DNA from: Mobula hypostoma
Lineage: Eukaryota
Assembly (NCBI RefSeq): GCF_963921235.1
Contig: NC_086108.1
Coordinates: 54,376,001-54,440,000 of the forward strand
Direction of reading: 5' to 3'
Length of the DNA: 64,000 nt
Below the pieces are notes generated by a model. It ran no database searches, was not told where the DNA came from, and saw only the letters and a list, made by a program, of their open reading frames with translations. The position numbers and the translations under genes were made by a program. Positions 53,735-64,000 of this stretch are shown here, one piece after another. The first letter of the stretch is position 1, and the number at the start of each line of letters is the position of its first letter.

Positions 53735-54487
53735 AGAAATAGGAGCAGGAAGTAGGTCATCTTGCCCATCGAGCTTGCTCTAAATTCAATAAGTTCATGG
53801 CTGGCCTGGCTATGGACTCAGTTTTATCTACCTGCCTTTTCTCCACAACCCTTAATTCCTCTACTATGCAAAAATCTAACTAACTGTGACTTAAATATAT
53901 TTAATGAGTTAGCCTCCAGTGCTTCCCTGGACAGAGAATTCCACAGATTCACCACTCTCTGGGAAAAGTAGTTTCTCCTTGACTCCATCACAAATCTATT
54001 CTTCTGAATCATGAGGTTATTTCCCTAGTTTTGGTCTCACCAGTTGGAAATAATTTTCCTGCCTCCAACTTAACTATCTGTATCATAATTTAATATGTTT
54101 CTATGAGATTTCCTCTCATTCTTTTGAATTCCAACAAGTTTCGTCCCAGGCAACTCAATGTCTCCTCATAGATTAACTACCTCATCTCTGGAATCAAACT
54201 CACTAACATCCTCTGTACCACAACCAAAGTCAGTATGTCTTTCCTCAGGGAGACCAGAACTGCACACAGTAACCCAGATCCCTTTATGGTTACAGCATAA
54301 CCTCCCGCTCTTTAATTTAATCCCTCTAGCAACGAAGGGCAACATTCCATTTGACTTCTTGGTAACCTTTTCTAGCTACAAACCAACATTTTGCAATTCA
54401 TGCACAAGCACTCCCAAGTCCCTCTGCACAATAGCATGCTGCAAACTTTCATCATTTAAGTAATAAGCTGATCTATTTTTTTCCTTC
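53735..54487 (-). mobile_element. CR1 3' part
   Basis: Minus-strand ORF RRNYFSQRVVNLWNSL; tail agaaataggagcaggaagtaggtcat. Confidence 0.88.
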
Positions 54488-55145
54488 ATTATCTCCTTCC
54501 TCCCTGTGGAGCCCTGTGAGAAAAATAACACAACCTTTGAAATACAGATTAACTGAGTCCAGTTTAAAATTGAATTAGGCTAAATAGTTGTGCTTTTGTC
54601 AGCAAATTTTAATCATGTTTAGATGAAATTAGTCTTGGCTAAAAATATCCCTTTCATTAGTACTCAAATTCTCGACTTCCAAAGATTTTATATTTCCAGG
54701 AACAAAATTTATTGCAACGTCACTGTGTGTAACACTCATATACTCCAGAACAAATTGATCACTACAGCTTAGCTGTTAAACTTCTGCAGAAACAGTAGAC
54801 CCTGTGGTTTAGGTGCTGGGCTCTCATTTATTTTACCCAGACAAATGGGCAGAATCCTTACTCTGCAAAGTGCATCTACAAGAAGTCCAAGCAGTTACAA
54901 TTTATGCAAAAACAACAATGAATTGACAATACCGTTGATCCCATGCACAAAGATCTTGGGATAATTAACGCAATTATACTGGCACTAAATCTATTTTTGA
55001 GATTGCACAATGTTCCCAGGCACAGTTCAGATATTCCACATTTTAAAGAGAGTAATCCCTGAAACAAATGTTTCCTCAACTAAATAAACCCAATGGTTCT
55101 TTTCTATTACAAAACCACTTTTAAAAACAATACAGTACCAAGACT

Positions 55146-55606
55146 CAAACACGAGGAAATCTGCAGATGCTGGAAATTCAAGAAACACACACAAAATGCT
55201 GGTGAATGCAGCAGGCCAGGCAGCATCTCTAGGAAGAGGTACAGTCGACGTTTCGGGCTGAGACCCTTCGTCAAAACTAACTGAAAGAAGAGATAGTAAG
55301 AGATTTGAAAGTGGGAGGGGAAGGGGGAGATCTGAAATGATAGGAGAAGGCAGGAAGAGGAGGGATGGAGCTACGAGCTGGAAAGTTGATTGGCAAAAGG
55401 GATACAAGGCTGGAGAAGGGAGAGGATCATGGGACGGGAGGCCTAGGGAGAAAGAAAGGGGGAGGGAAGCATCAGAGGAAGATATAGTGAGAGGGACAGA
55501 GGGGAAAAAGAGAAAGGGGGGGGAAGAGAGAGAGATAGAGAGATAAATAAATAAATAAGGGATGAGGTACGAAGGGGAGACGGGCATTAACGGAAATTAG
55601 AGAAGT
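55146..55606 (-). mobile_element. Penelope-like (family A, Neptune-type by inference) 3' end: last codons, pyrimidine-rich tract, hammerhead motif
   Basis: Minus strand ...DFSNFR*, then a CT-rich tract and the same terminal repeat as 35208-35387; 7-bp TSD caagact (55139-55145 / 55607-55613). Confidence 0.82.
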
Positions 55607-55824
55607 CAAGACTGCTGCAATTTCTTTTTTTGCATTGTTCTGCATGTACCCCCAGTAAGTGCTTGAAATGTTTCTGTTTGTATTTTTTGTTTTCTAGCTG
55701 ACAATATTTCTTCAGTGTTTCAGACCATCTTGGAGTCTGATGGTAAAACAGTATCAATTGGCTTAACATCGTACATGCCTGGCCAACTGCTTCCAGTCCC
55801 AGTATTTCTATTTGCAGTGCAATA

Positions 55825-56070
55825 GGTCACAGAATCATAAATTGTGCAGCACAGAAGTGAGCTTGTTTTGCCCACCAGATCCATGCCAACTCCAAGGCTT
55901 ACCAGTACTAATCCCATCTGCTGGAATTAAGTCTGTACCTCTCTACAAACTTCATACCCAAATACCAAACCAACCCTTTTCAATCTTGTAACTGTACTTG
56001 CTTCCATCATCTCCCCTAGCAGCTTGTTCCATATAACCACCAACCCATGTGTGGATAAACTTACCTTACT
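55825..56070 (-). mobile_element. CR1 3'-end fragment
   Basis: cacagaatcataaattgtgcagcacagaag...cagcttgttccatataaccaccaaccc resembles reversed CR1 tails. Confidence 0.6.
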
Positions 56071-56706
56071 GGCAAACATAAAGGGGTACGCAGTATGCTA
56101 ACTCTGACAATTAAGTGACAAAATTTTACAACTTCAAAAATAAACATCTAAAAATGGAAATTAGCTGCTGTCTTGTGTCACTGTGAAACAGCTTTCTATA
56201 GAATACTGGGATATTACTTGGAATATTAATTGAAAGATTCTACATGGAATATTACCACTGCACAAACTCATTTGAAGAAGTAATTTCCCAGCAATAGAAT
56301 CACTCATTTACAATCAAATGAAAGTGAACTTCTAAATCAAGGAACGACTAGTATCTATGGCCTTAGCTAGTAGATGATAGCTGATCTGATAATGTAACTG
56401 GTCAGCTGCTTATCCTTCTGAAAATCTGCTGGTTTTATAGGTCAGTGAGCAGAAGAGATTGCAGAGACTTGAAATTCTGATTGCCTTCTTTTAAGAACAG
56501 TGCTTGATCCCAGTAAAATACAAAACATGTCTATGTGTGTTTTGAATACTTAATTCTTTTCCTCAAAAAAGATAGCAAGTTTTCTTTTCCCCTGACGAGG
56601 ACAGCTTAAGTTTTCTACAAAAAATGTTCACCTTGGATATCATTTGCAACATGAGATTTAAAGAAACAGAAGAAATGTATTGCTCAAAAGCATTCACTAT
56701 AGTTAC

Positions 56707-56830
56707 CTCAGAGGGTCCACTGCATGCTACCGTCATAAGGATGTGATTGAAATCTGTGCAGCTCCATCGCAACACATACATTCCATCTTCATTGCCTTCG
56801 TGCTTCAGCTTGTTTATAGCATATTCAGTA
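56707..56830 (-). CDS. JAK1: JAK1 exon (~exon 10), SH2-like domain, 124 nt
   Basis: [41 protein letters not shown]; acceptor tgtcag, donor gtaact. Confidence 0.96.
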
Positions 56831-57061
56831 CTGACAAGAAGAAAGCAGACAAAAGGACACTATTTTGAAACATGTTTATTCAAGTTATGAGAAAAGTCAA
56901 TAAAGTACATCAGAAAGCAGAAGACTTTAAACTAAACTCCATGAAGTTTTAAGACTAGCAAATGTTTCATGTCAAAGATCAGGAATAAAGCCTGATCTTT
57001 TTACATGGTGTTTCCTTTAGGTAGTAAGAAAACCTTAGAATTGGCAGAATCTTGGCTCAAA

Positions 57062-58908
57062 GAAGATTACAGCTGGGAGCTTAATATCCAGGATATACAT
57101 TGTATGAAAAGGACAGGCAGGTAGGCAGAGGGGGTGGCATGGCTGTGTTGGTAATAAGTGAAATCAAATCCTTAGAAAGAGGTGACACAGGATTGGAAGG
57201 TGTAGAATCACTGTGGGTAGAGCTAAGAAACTGCAAGGGTAAAAAGGACCCTGGCGGGAGTAACATACAGACCTCCAAATAATATCCAGAAGTTCAAGTG
57301 TGTCAGGGGCAGAAGTGAGTGAAGTTGCCATGATCAGGGAGAAGGTGCTTGGGAAACTGAAAGGTCTGAAGGTAAATGAGTCACCTGGACCAAATGGTCT
57401 ACACCCAAGGGCTCTGAAAGAGGTGGCTGAAGAAATTGTGGAGGCATTAGTAATGATTTTTTCAAGAACCACTAGATTCTGCCATGGTTCCGGAAGACTG
57501 GAAAATTGCAAATGTCACTCCACTCTTCAAGAAGGGAAAGAGCCAGAAGAACTGTAATTATAGGCCAGTTAGTCTGACTTCAGTGGTTGGGAAGATGTTG
57601 GAGTCGATTGTTAAGGATGTGGTTTCGGGGTACTTGAAGGCACATGATAAAAAAGGCTGAAGTCAGCATGGTTACTTTAAGAGAAAATCTCGTCTGACAA
57701 ATCTGTTGGAATTCTGTGAAGAAATAACAATCAAGATAGACAAAGGAGAATTGGTGGATGTTGTGTACTTGGATTTTAAGAAGGTCTTTGACAAGGTGCC
57801 GAACATGAAACTGCTTAACAAGAGCTCATGGTATTGGAGGCAAGATACTAGCATGAATAGAGGATTGGGTGACAGGCAGGAGGCAAAGAGTGGTAATAAA
57901 GGTAGCCTTTTCTGGTTAGCTGCCAGTGTTCTGCAGGGGTCTGTAATCTTTTTATGTTATATGTCAATGATTTGGATGACAGAATTGATGGCTTTGTGGC
58001 CAAGTTTGTGGACAATACGAAGATAGGTGGAAGGACAGGTCGTGTTGAAGAAGCAGAGGGGCTGCAGAAGGACTTAGACAGATTAGGAGAATGGGCAAAG
58101 AAGTGGAATACACAATGTTGGGAAGTGTACAGTCATGCACTTCGGTAGAACAAATAAAAGCCTAGACTATTTTTAAATGGAGAGGATAATAAAAAAGCTG
58201 AGGTGCAAAGCGACTTGGGAGCCCTTGTGCAGGATTCTCTAAAGGTCAGTTTGTAGGTTGAGTCAGTGTGAAGGAAGGCAAATGCAATGTTCGTGTTCCT
58301 CTCAAGAGGACTAGAAAATAAATGCACGGATGTAATGTTGAGACTTTCTAAAGCACTGGTGAGGCTTCACTTGGAGTATTGTGAGCAGTTTTGGCCCCCT
58401 TATCTTAGAAAAGATGTGCTAAAACTGGGGAAAGTTCAAAGAAGGTTCACAAAAATGATTCCAGGATTGAATAGCCTGTCATATAAAGCATGTGTGATGG
58501 TTCTGGAATTCGAAAGAATGAGGGGGTACCTCATTGAAACCTACAGAATTTTGAAAGTGGATAGTGGATAGTGGATGTGGAGAGGGTGTTTCCAATGGTG
58601 TGTGGTATAGGACCAGAGGACACAACTTCACAATAGAGGGGTGCCCAGTTAAGAACAGAGATGAGGAGGAATTTCTTTAGCCACAGTGGTGAATCTGTGG
58701 AATTAGTTATCAAAAGGCAACTGTGGATGCCAAGTCATTTGGTATGTTTAAGGCAGAGGTTGTTAGATTCTTGATTAGTCAGAGCATGAGATGTTATGGG
58801 GAGAAGGCAGAAGATTGAGGCTGACAGGGAAATGGATCAGCCACGATGAAATGGCGGAGCAGACTCAATGGGCCAAATGGCCTAATTCTGCTCCTATGTC
58901 TTATGGTG
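57062..58908 (+). mobile_element. CR1 LINE with large internal deletion (APE start joined to RT)
   Basis: KDRQVGRGGG, SPGPNGLHPRALKEVAEEI, YLDFKKVFDKVP, ALVRLHLEYCEQFW; tail cctaattctgctcctatgtcttatgg. Confidence 0.94.
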
Positions 58909-59663
58909 TGAATTGCAGTAATTTAACTCATCTTTTAATAACTGAGCACTTAACTACATGCAAACATCACCAACACTCTGAAACTATATCCCTCTCAATA
59001 AGCTGAAACCTTTATTTCCCACTTTCTGATGCTACATCGACCCATGGGGATCTAGAGAAGTTTTCTTTAAAGTGAAAAATGCTATGTAGACACAATTTAT
59101 TCCCATTCACTTGCCACACATAACATTTTAAATATGTGGTGAGCAAAAGTAACAGGTAGCAGTGTGAAAATTATTCATGACTTTTAAATACAGTCAAATG
59201 ATTTAGGCCATGGAGGACAGCCCATTTTTGGTTGAATATTGCTACCAAATTTCATCTGGTGAAAATGCAATCCAACTGCTCCTTATCTGATAACTATTCT
59301 AAAACTGAGGAATTCATGTAATATTCTGTACTATAGATTGGTTCTCCATTACAATTAGAAAGAATGGGGATTTTGAAAGTGAGCAGGTACTATCAATATT
59401 GGTTTTAAAAACCGTTGAATTGTTTTAAAGACTCAGTAAGCGTTCAATAAATTTGATTTTGATCCACTGAAGCTAGAAAGAGAAGGAAGCTGCCTCTGCA
59501 GAGAAGTTGGAGAACATTGTTGCTGACTTCAGTACCTTGGTGAGTACAGATTTAACAGCATAATATTTCTTTTGGCACTTACATTCTGAGCTTTAGGTAG
59601 AATTATTCTACTCCTCTTCCATAAAAAAAACTGATATTTATTGAATACATCATTTTCCATTTA

Positions 59664-59822
<159 letters not shown>

Positions 59823-61118
59823 CTAAAACACAAAAAAATTAAAGACGTGACGGAAACAATTTTCAAAGAACTTAATGTTACCGATAATTCAAGGATTTAA
59901 TTGCACCACCTTTGGCAGTAATTTTGACTATGCTGTGTCCACACTGCCTAATGGGCTAGCCAAAGTTAAAACAGTGTCTCATTATCAATATGTGCAGGCA
60001 GGGAGGGAAAATAAATCTATTTTTCTGTCCCTTGCATCAGACTCAGTTTCTACTATTTGCAAGTGTTTGGCAATGCACCGAAGCTGGACTAAATGATATA
60101 CATAACACTTCACAGCCAGTTGCAGCAGACCCTTGAAATGGGCAATATACAAAGTTCAGCTTGGGAATAAATTAATTTTACATCAACAAATTGGACTGCC
60201 AACCTTAACTTGATGTACTGGGTAATCTTTTAAAAGGCTGTAAAGATCAAAGGAATTGTCCTTGGTCCTCAGCTCAGATTATGTCTGTGGTCAAATATGT
60301 CTCCCTTCCCTGTCCAGGGAGGAACCTGTGTCTTGCTATGAATTCAGTACGAAGTATGTGATTGATGACAGAAATGAGTGGAAGACCCCTGAGGTGGAAT
60401 GTTATGAGTAAATCTGTGGAATCAGGTGCCAATGGACATGCTTCAGAAAGTCAGAAGGACCTCGCTAAGAAGATCGCAAGACCTTGATGTAACCGGTTCA
60501 GGGCTGGTCAATAGTTGATAAAATTAGTGAAAATATTTCAAAGCCCAATGCAGAGCATCATTGAATGAGCAGGAAATTATTATGAATTATCCTCGCTTGA
60601 ATTTAAACTTAGAACAATTGGCTCTAAAAAAACATTTCAGAGATTACTTATTAACACCCAATACTATTCTATTATCATTAAAATATCCCAGAGTTCCAAA
60701 TTCATATCCTCATAAGAAATGGCCTCAATATTAGTACAATGCACACAGTGAGATGTCTATACTCTGATCATATGTAAAGTCTGCCACTTTGAAAAACGTA
60801 ATTGTAAAAGAACTTGATAGACAAAAACACAAGAATGTGGCAACAAAGTAGGTCAGCGAGTTACGCCAGCTTCTTCTGCCACCTTATTGGATCTTACTGA
60901 TGTGTATTTCAAGATCATTCAACTGCCTTCGCACCACATCCCTTAATAGTCTATATGAATTTTGTTTGCTCTAGATCATTATTCAGTCATCTTTCAAGAA
61001 AACTTACAAGCCTGAATCTTGTTAAAAGAAAGACTAGAACGTGGTTCTGAAATAAACAAACTGGAACCCAAAATGTCAATGAGACAAAGTGAAAAACTGG
61101 GATCATTAAATAACTTAC

Positions 61119-61307
61119 CATTTTTTTGTTCTCTTGTTTGTTGATCATGACTATGGAGTCCTTTATGATGATGTGTGTGATCTCGTAGAAGTCGGCAAAC
61201 TGAATCCAGTTCTCACTCTGAACACCTTTACTTGCACTATTCTTACTGCTTTTGTTCGTTTTCTTGTTCTTCTTCAATTTATTTTTCTCTTTCATATTCA
61301 TTACAGA
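61119..61307 (-). CDS. JAK1: JAK1 exon (~exon 8), FERM F3 lobe with basic loop, 189 nt
   Basis: SVMNMKEKNKLKKNKKT...WIQFADFYEITHIIIKDSIVMINKQENKKM; acceptor ccttcattaaag, donor gtaagt. Confidence 0.9.
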
Positions 61308-62194
61308 CTTTAATGAAGGAAAAAATGGAGGAAGTTAAGGCCCAAAATGTTGACTATCAGCTAATAGTTAAAGGAGAAGGATTCCCAGAAATGCAACATT
61401 GGCACACTGTGGTAAAGACAAATTGGACTGTACAGCTTAAAGAATGCTACAGTTCGTTCAGTCTCAAAACTGGAAATCCCTCAATTAGGCCTCTCAACTG
61501 TGTTTCCAAATTCTCCATTTTCTCTCACATGATCTGTCTCTACTGATTCCTCAGTTAATCCATTCAATAAATTCATAATTCCCTGCATAAAATACTTAAA
61601 TTTCAAATCCCTGATCAGTTTACTTTTATATTTGAAGCTGCTTCCCAATGCGAAAGTCTGTGGGATCTGAAACATTATTTTCAGGATTCATATATCCAAT
61701 CCTTTAAGTATCTTGCATGCTCCAAAAGGATTTCCTTAAGCCTTCCACTTTCAGAACAAACATACGTGAACACTTCACAGTTTCTGATACCTTTGATTCT
61801 TTTGCTAGACTTTATATTGTTTGCTCTTTACTACTACTTTGAATTTCTGATTAAATTGTATGGCTGCAAGTAGAATAATCTATATTGCCTTATTTAATTA
61901 GTTTTGTTATATACAATTTTAGCTATAATGTTCAAAATTAAAATTGTTTTGCTGTCTGTCACTCTGCATTGGACATGTTAATCCACTTCGAACTTTGCTA
62001 ATCATCCTCAACTAATACACAACAGGATCTTTATCATTTTAACTAATTCAGTAACATCTAAATTTGTGTTCTTCAATATTTTTAATTTATAGCATATGTA
62101 GGAACTAGAACCAATGCTGTAGGGAGGAAAGAGAGAAAGAAAGCAGGATGAAATCTATTTATATTTCTCATATTTTGTTATGATATAGAAGCCA

Positions 62195-62475
62195 ATCAAG
62201 TTTACGTCAGCTCACAGAGAAATCCCATTTGTGCACTTATTTCCCAATGACCAATTCTCTCCTACCTCCCCATCAGCTTTCACACCTCTAGCTAACTCTC
62301 ATGCCATCTACTACACTAGTGGTGATCAGCAGTAACCAATTAACCTGCCAACCAGCCTGTCTCAGGTGTGAGAGAAAATAAGGGAGTACACAGCAGGGAA
62401 GCCACAGAATCACAAGAAGAACATGCAAACACCATCCAGACAATCTCAATGGTCTGGGCCCGAGTTAAGTTCCAT
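62195..62475 (-). mobile_element. HE1-like SINE, degenerate
   Basis: ccaattaacct...gaagccacagaatcacaagaagaacatgcaaac is the reverse complement of the core at 20585-20630. Confidence 0.6.
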
Positions 62476-62758
62476 GTGAATGGAGATCCTAGCACCACTG
62501 GTGGTTGGAATGACTGTAAATGAAATGATGAGAGGATGGAGTGCACCTGACTCTGTAAAGTATTATGCAGAGATGGAGTTTCCTTGTAAATAAACTAACT
62601 AGATTGGAAGGATTGACCATGGTTCTTCCCTTTGGACAGTCTGCAGTAAATTCAATGATTCATATATTTTAAGTCAAATGCAGAAGCTGAAAGCACAAAA
62701 AATGAGTCATACTTGATGGTAAAAGTAAGTATCAAGGGGGAGCATATGCCACTAATTT

Positions 62759-63155
62759 AGAACATAGAACATAGAATAGTACAGCACATTACAGGCCCTT
62801 CGGCCCACAATGTTGTGCCGACCCTCAAACCCTGCCTCCCATATAAGCCCCCACCTTAAATTCCTCCATATACCTGTCTAGTAGTCCCTTAAATTTCACT
62901 AGTGTATCTGCCTCCACCACTGACTCAGGCAGTGCATTCCACGCACCAACCACTCTCTGAGTAAAAAACCTTCCTCTAATATCCCCCTTGAACTTCCCAT
63001 CCCCTACCTTAAAGCCATGTCCTCTTGTATTGAGCAGTGGTGCCCTGGGAAAGAGGCACTGGCTAGCCACCCCATCTATTCCTCTTATTATCCTGTACAC
63101 CTCTATCATGTCTCCTCTCATCCTCCTTCTCTCCAAAGAGTAAAGCCCTAGTTCC
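62759..63155 (-). mobile_element. Young short CR1 3' end
   Basis: Uninterrupted ORF ELGLYSLERRRMRGDMIEVY...FFTQRVVGAWNALP; tail (agaacat)n. Confidence 0.95.
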
Positions 63156-63616
63156 ATTTCAGTGAATGGATTTCCCCTAGGGCATTGTGCTTTCTTATTT
63201 ACTTCATATTGCAGCTGGTTACATGTCAGGTTACAAAACCTGTAAGTGCTTGCTTACATGCTGCGGGGCTGTGTCAGGAGTGACCTATGGAGGATTGCTT
63301 CGAATACTTTCAGGCTTTCAGTCAAATTCTGTTAGCTTTCTCAGATAATTGTGCAGGAGCACAGGTCTCAAGCGAACGTGTCTAGTGGGCTAGGCACTCA
63401 GTATAAACTCAGCCCAGCTTTATGCTCTATTGGCTTAAAGACAAAAAGAGCACAAGTTCATTGCCCAACCCAAACACTAACACACAGCATGTATCAGGAT
63501 AAAACCAGAGATCTGATATTCTTGGAGGGTCAGTTCATCCAACTTTGTCCACTATAACTTATAATCTAGGAGACATAGAAATATGCTCTCAAATGTTTTT
63601 ATTTACGTGGCATTTT

Positions 63617-63672
63617 TCTTTCTTCCTCCCTCTCTCTCTCACACACACATACACACAAACAGAAAACACACG
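63617..63672. repeat. Compound (CT)n(CA)n microsatellite
   Basis: ctctctctctcacacacacatacacaca. Confidence 0.85.
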
Positions 63673-64000
63673 TATTCAAAACACTTTGCCGAGTTGAGAG
63701 GAAGTGGTTTCAACAAAAAAAAAGTTGCCACTTCCTCAAAATTGTAGCTTGCAAACAACACACCAAGAAACTAAGTAGCTTTATACAAGTAAAGTTCCCG
63801 TGGGCTAGATTCTCCCACTGTGGTTGTATGGAAGTTTACACTTTTGTGTAAAAGATTGTAAGGGTAAAACTAGTCTTTAACAGTAACACGTATGCAATTA
63901 CTGTATGTATATGTAAGTCAGCTTTACAACTAAACTGTTTTCCTTTGCATTGAAATTACATTGAAACCCTTTCAAACTTCATTGAAAACCTGAGTGAAAA

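Noticed and set aside
55027..55587. 186-aa Pro/Ser/Leu-rich ORF
   Set aside because: Translation of the low-complexity pyrimidine tract of the Penelope-like 3' region.
60295..60490. Plus-strand polypyrimidine/AG followed by coding-looking sequence (EEPVSCYEFSTKYVIDDRNEWKTPEVECYE)
   Set aside because: Stops in all three frames within about 100 nt, no recognisable homology and no partner exons.
61308..64000. Further upstream JAK1 exon
   Set aside because: No match to the preceding FERM peptide was found; the window ends inside an intron.

Overview
Eukaryotic, AT-rich, repeat-dense vertebrate genomic DNA. The CR1-dominated repeat content, HE1-like SINEs and Penelope derivatives point to a cartilaginous fish, probably a ray (inference). 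The only host protein-coding gene I can support is JAK1 on the minus strand. I traced 18 consecutive coding exons by hand between 61307 and 8172. All introns are GT-AG and all phases join into one open frame of 2547 nt (848 aa plus stop), covering the C-terminal FERM region, the SH2-like domain, the JH2 pseudokinase and the JH1 kinase. The 5' exons lie beyond base 64000. A probable polyA signal is at 7296-7301. Almost all other ORFs in the track are transposon remnants (CR1, Rex1/Babar, RTE, L1, Penelope) or noise. The most notable non-gene structure is a set of five Penelope-like element insertions from two families. They carry six minimal hammerhead-ribozyme motifs, four have clear target-site duplications (TSDs), and three are fold-back structures, one of them inside the JAK1 3' UTR. 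Other observations: an 80-bp hAT MITE family (4 copies), an L1 endonuclease fragment patched into a CR1, a tRNA/RTE-type SINE with a duplicated head, and an unusual E-to-A change in the JAK1 pseudokinase. No prokaryote-type system (CRISPR, operon) is present. Exon coordinates are exact by my count. Boundaries of degenerate repeats are approximate.
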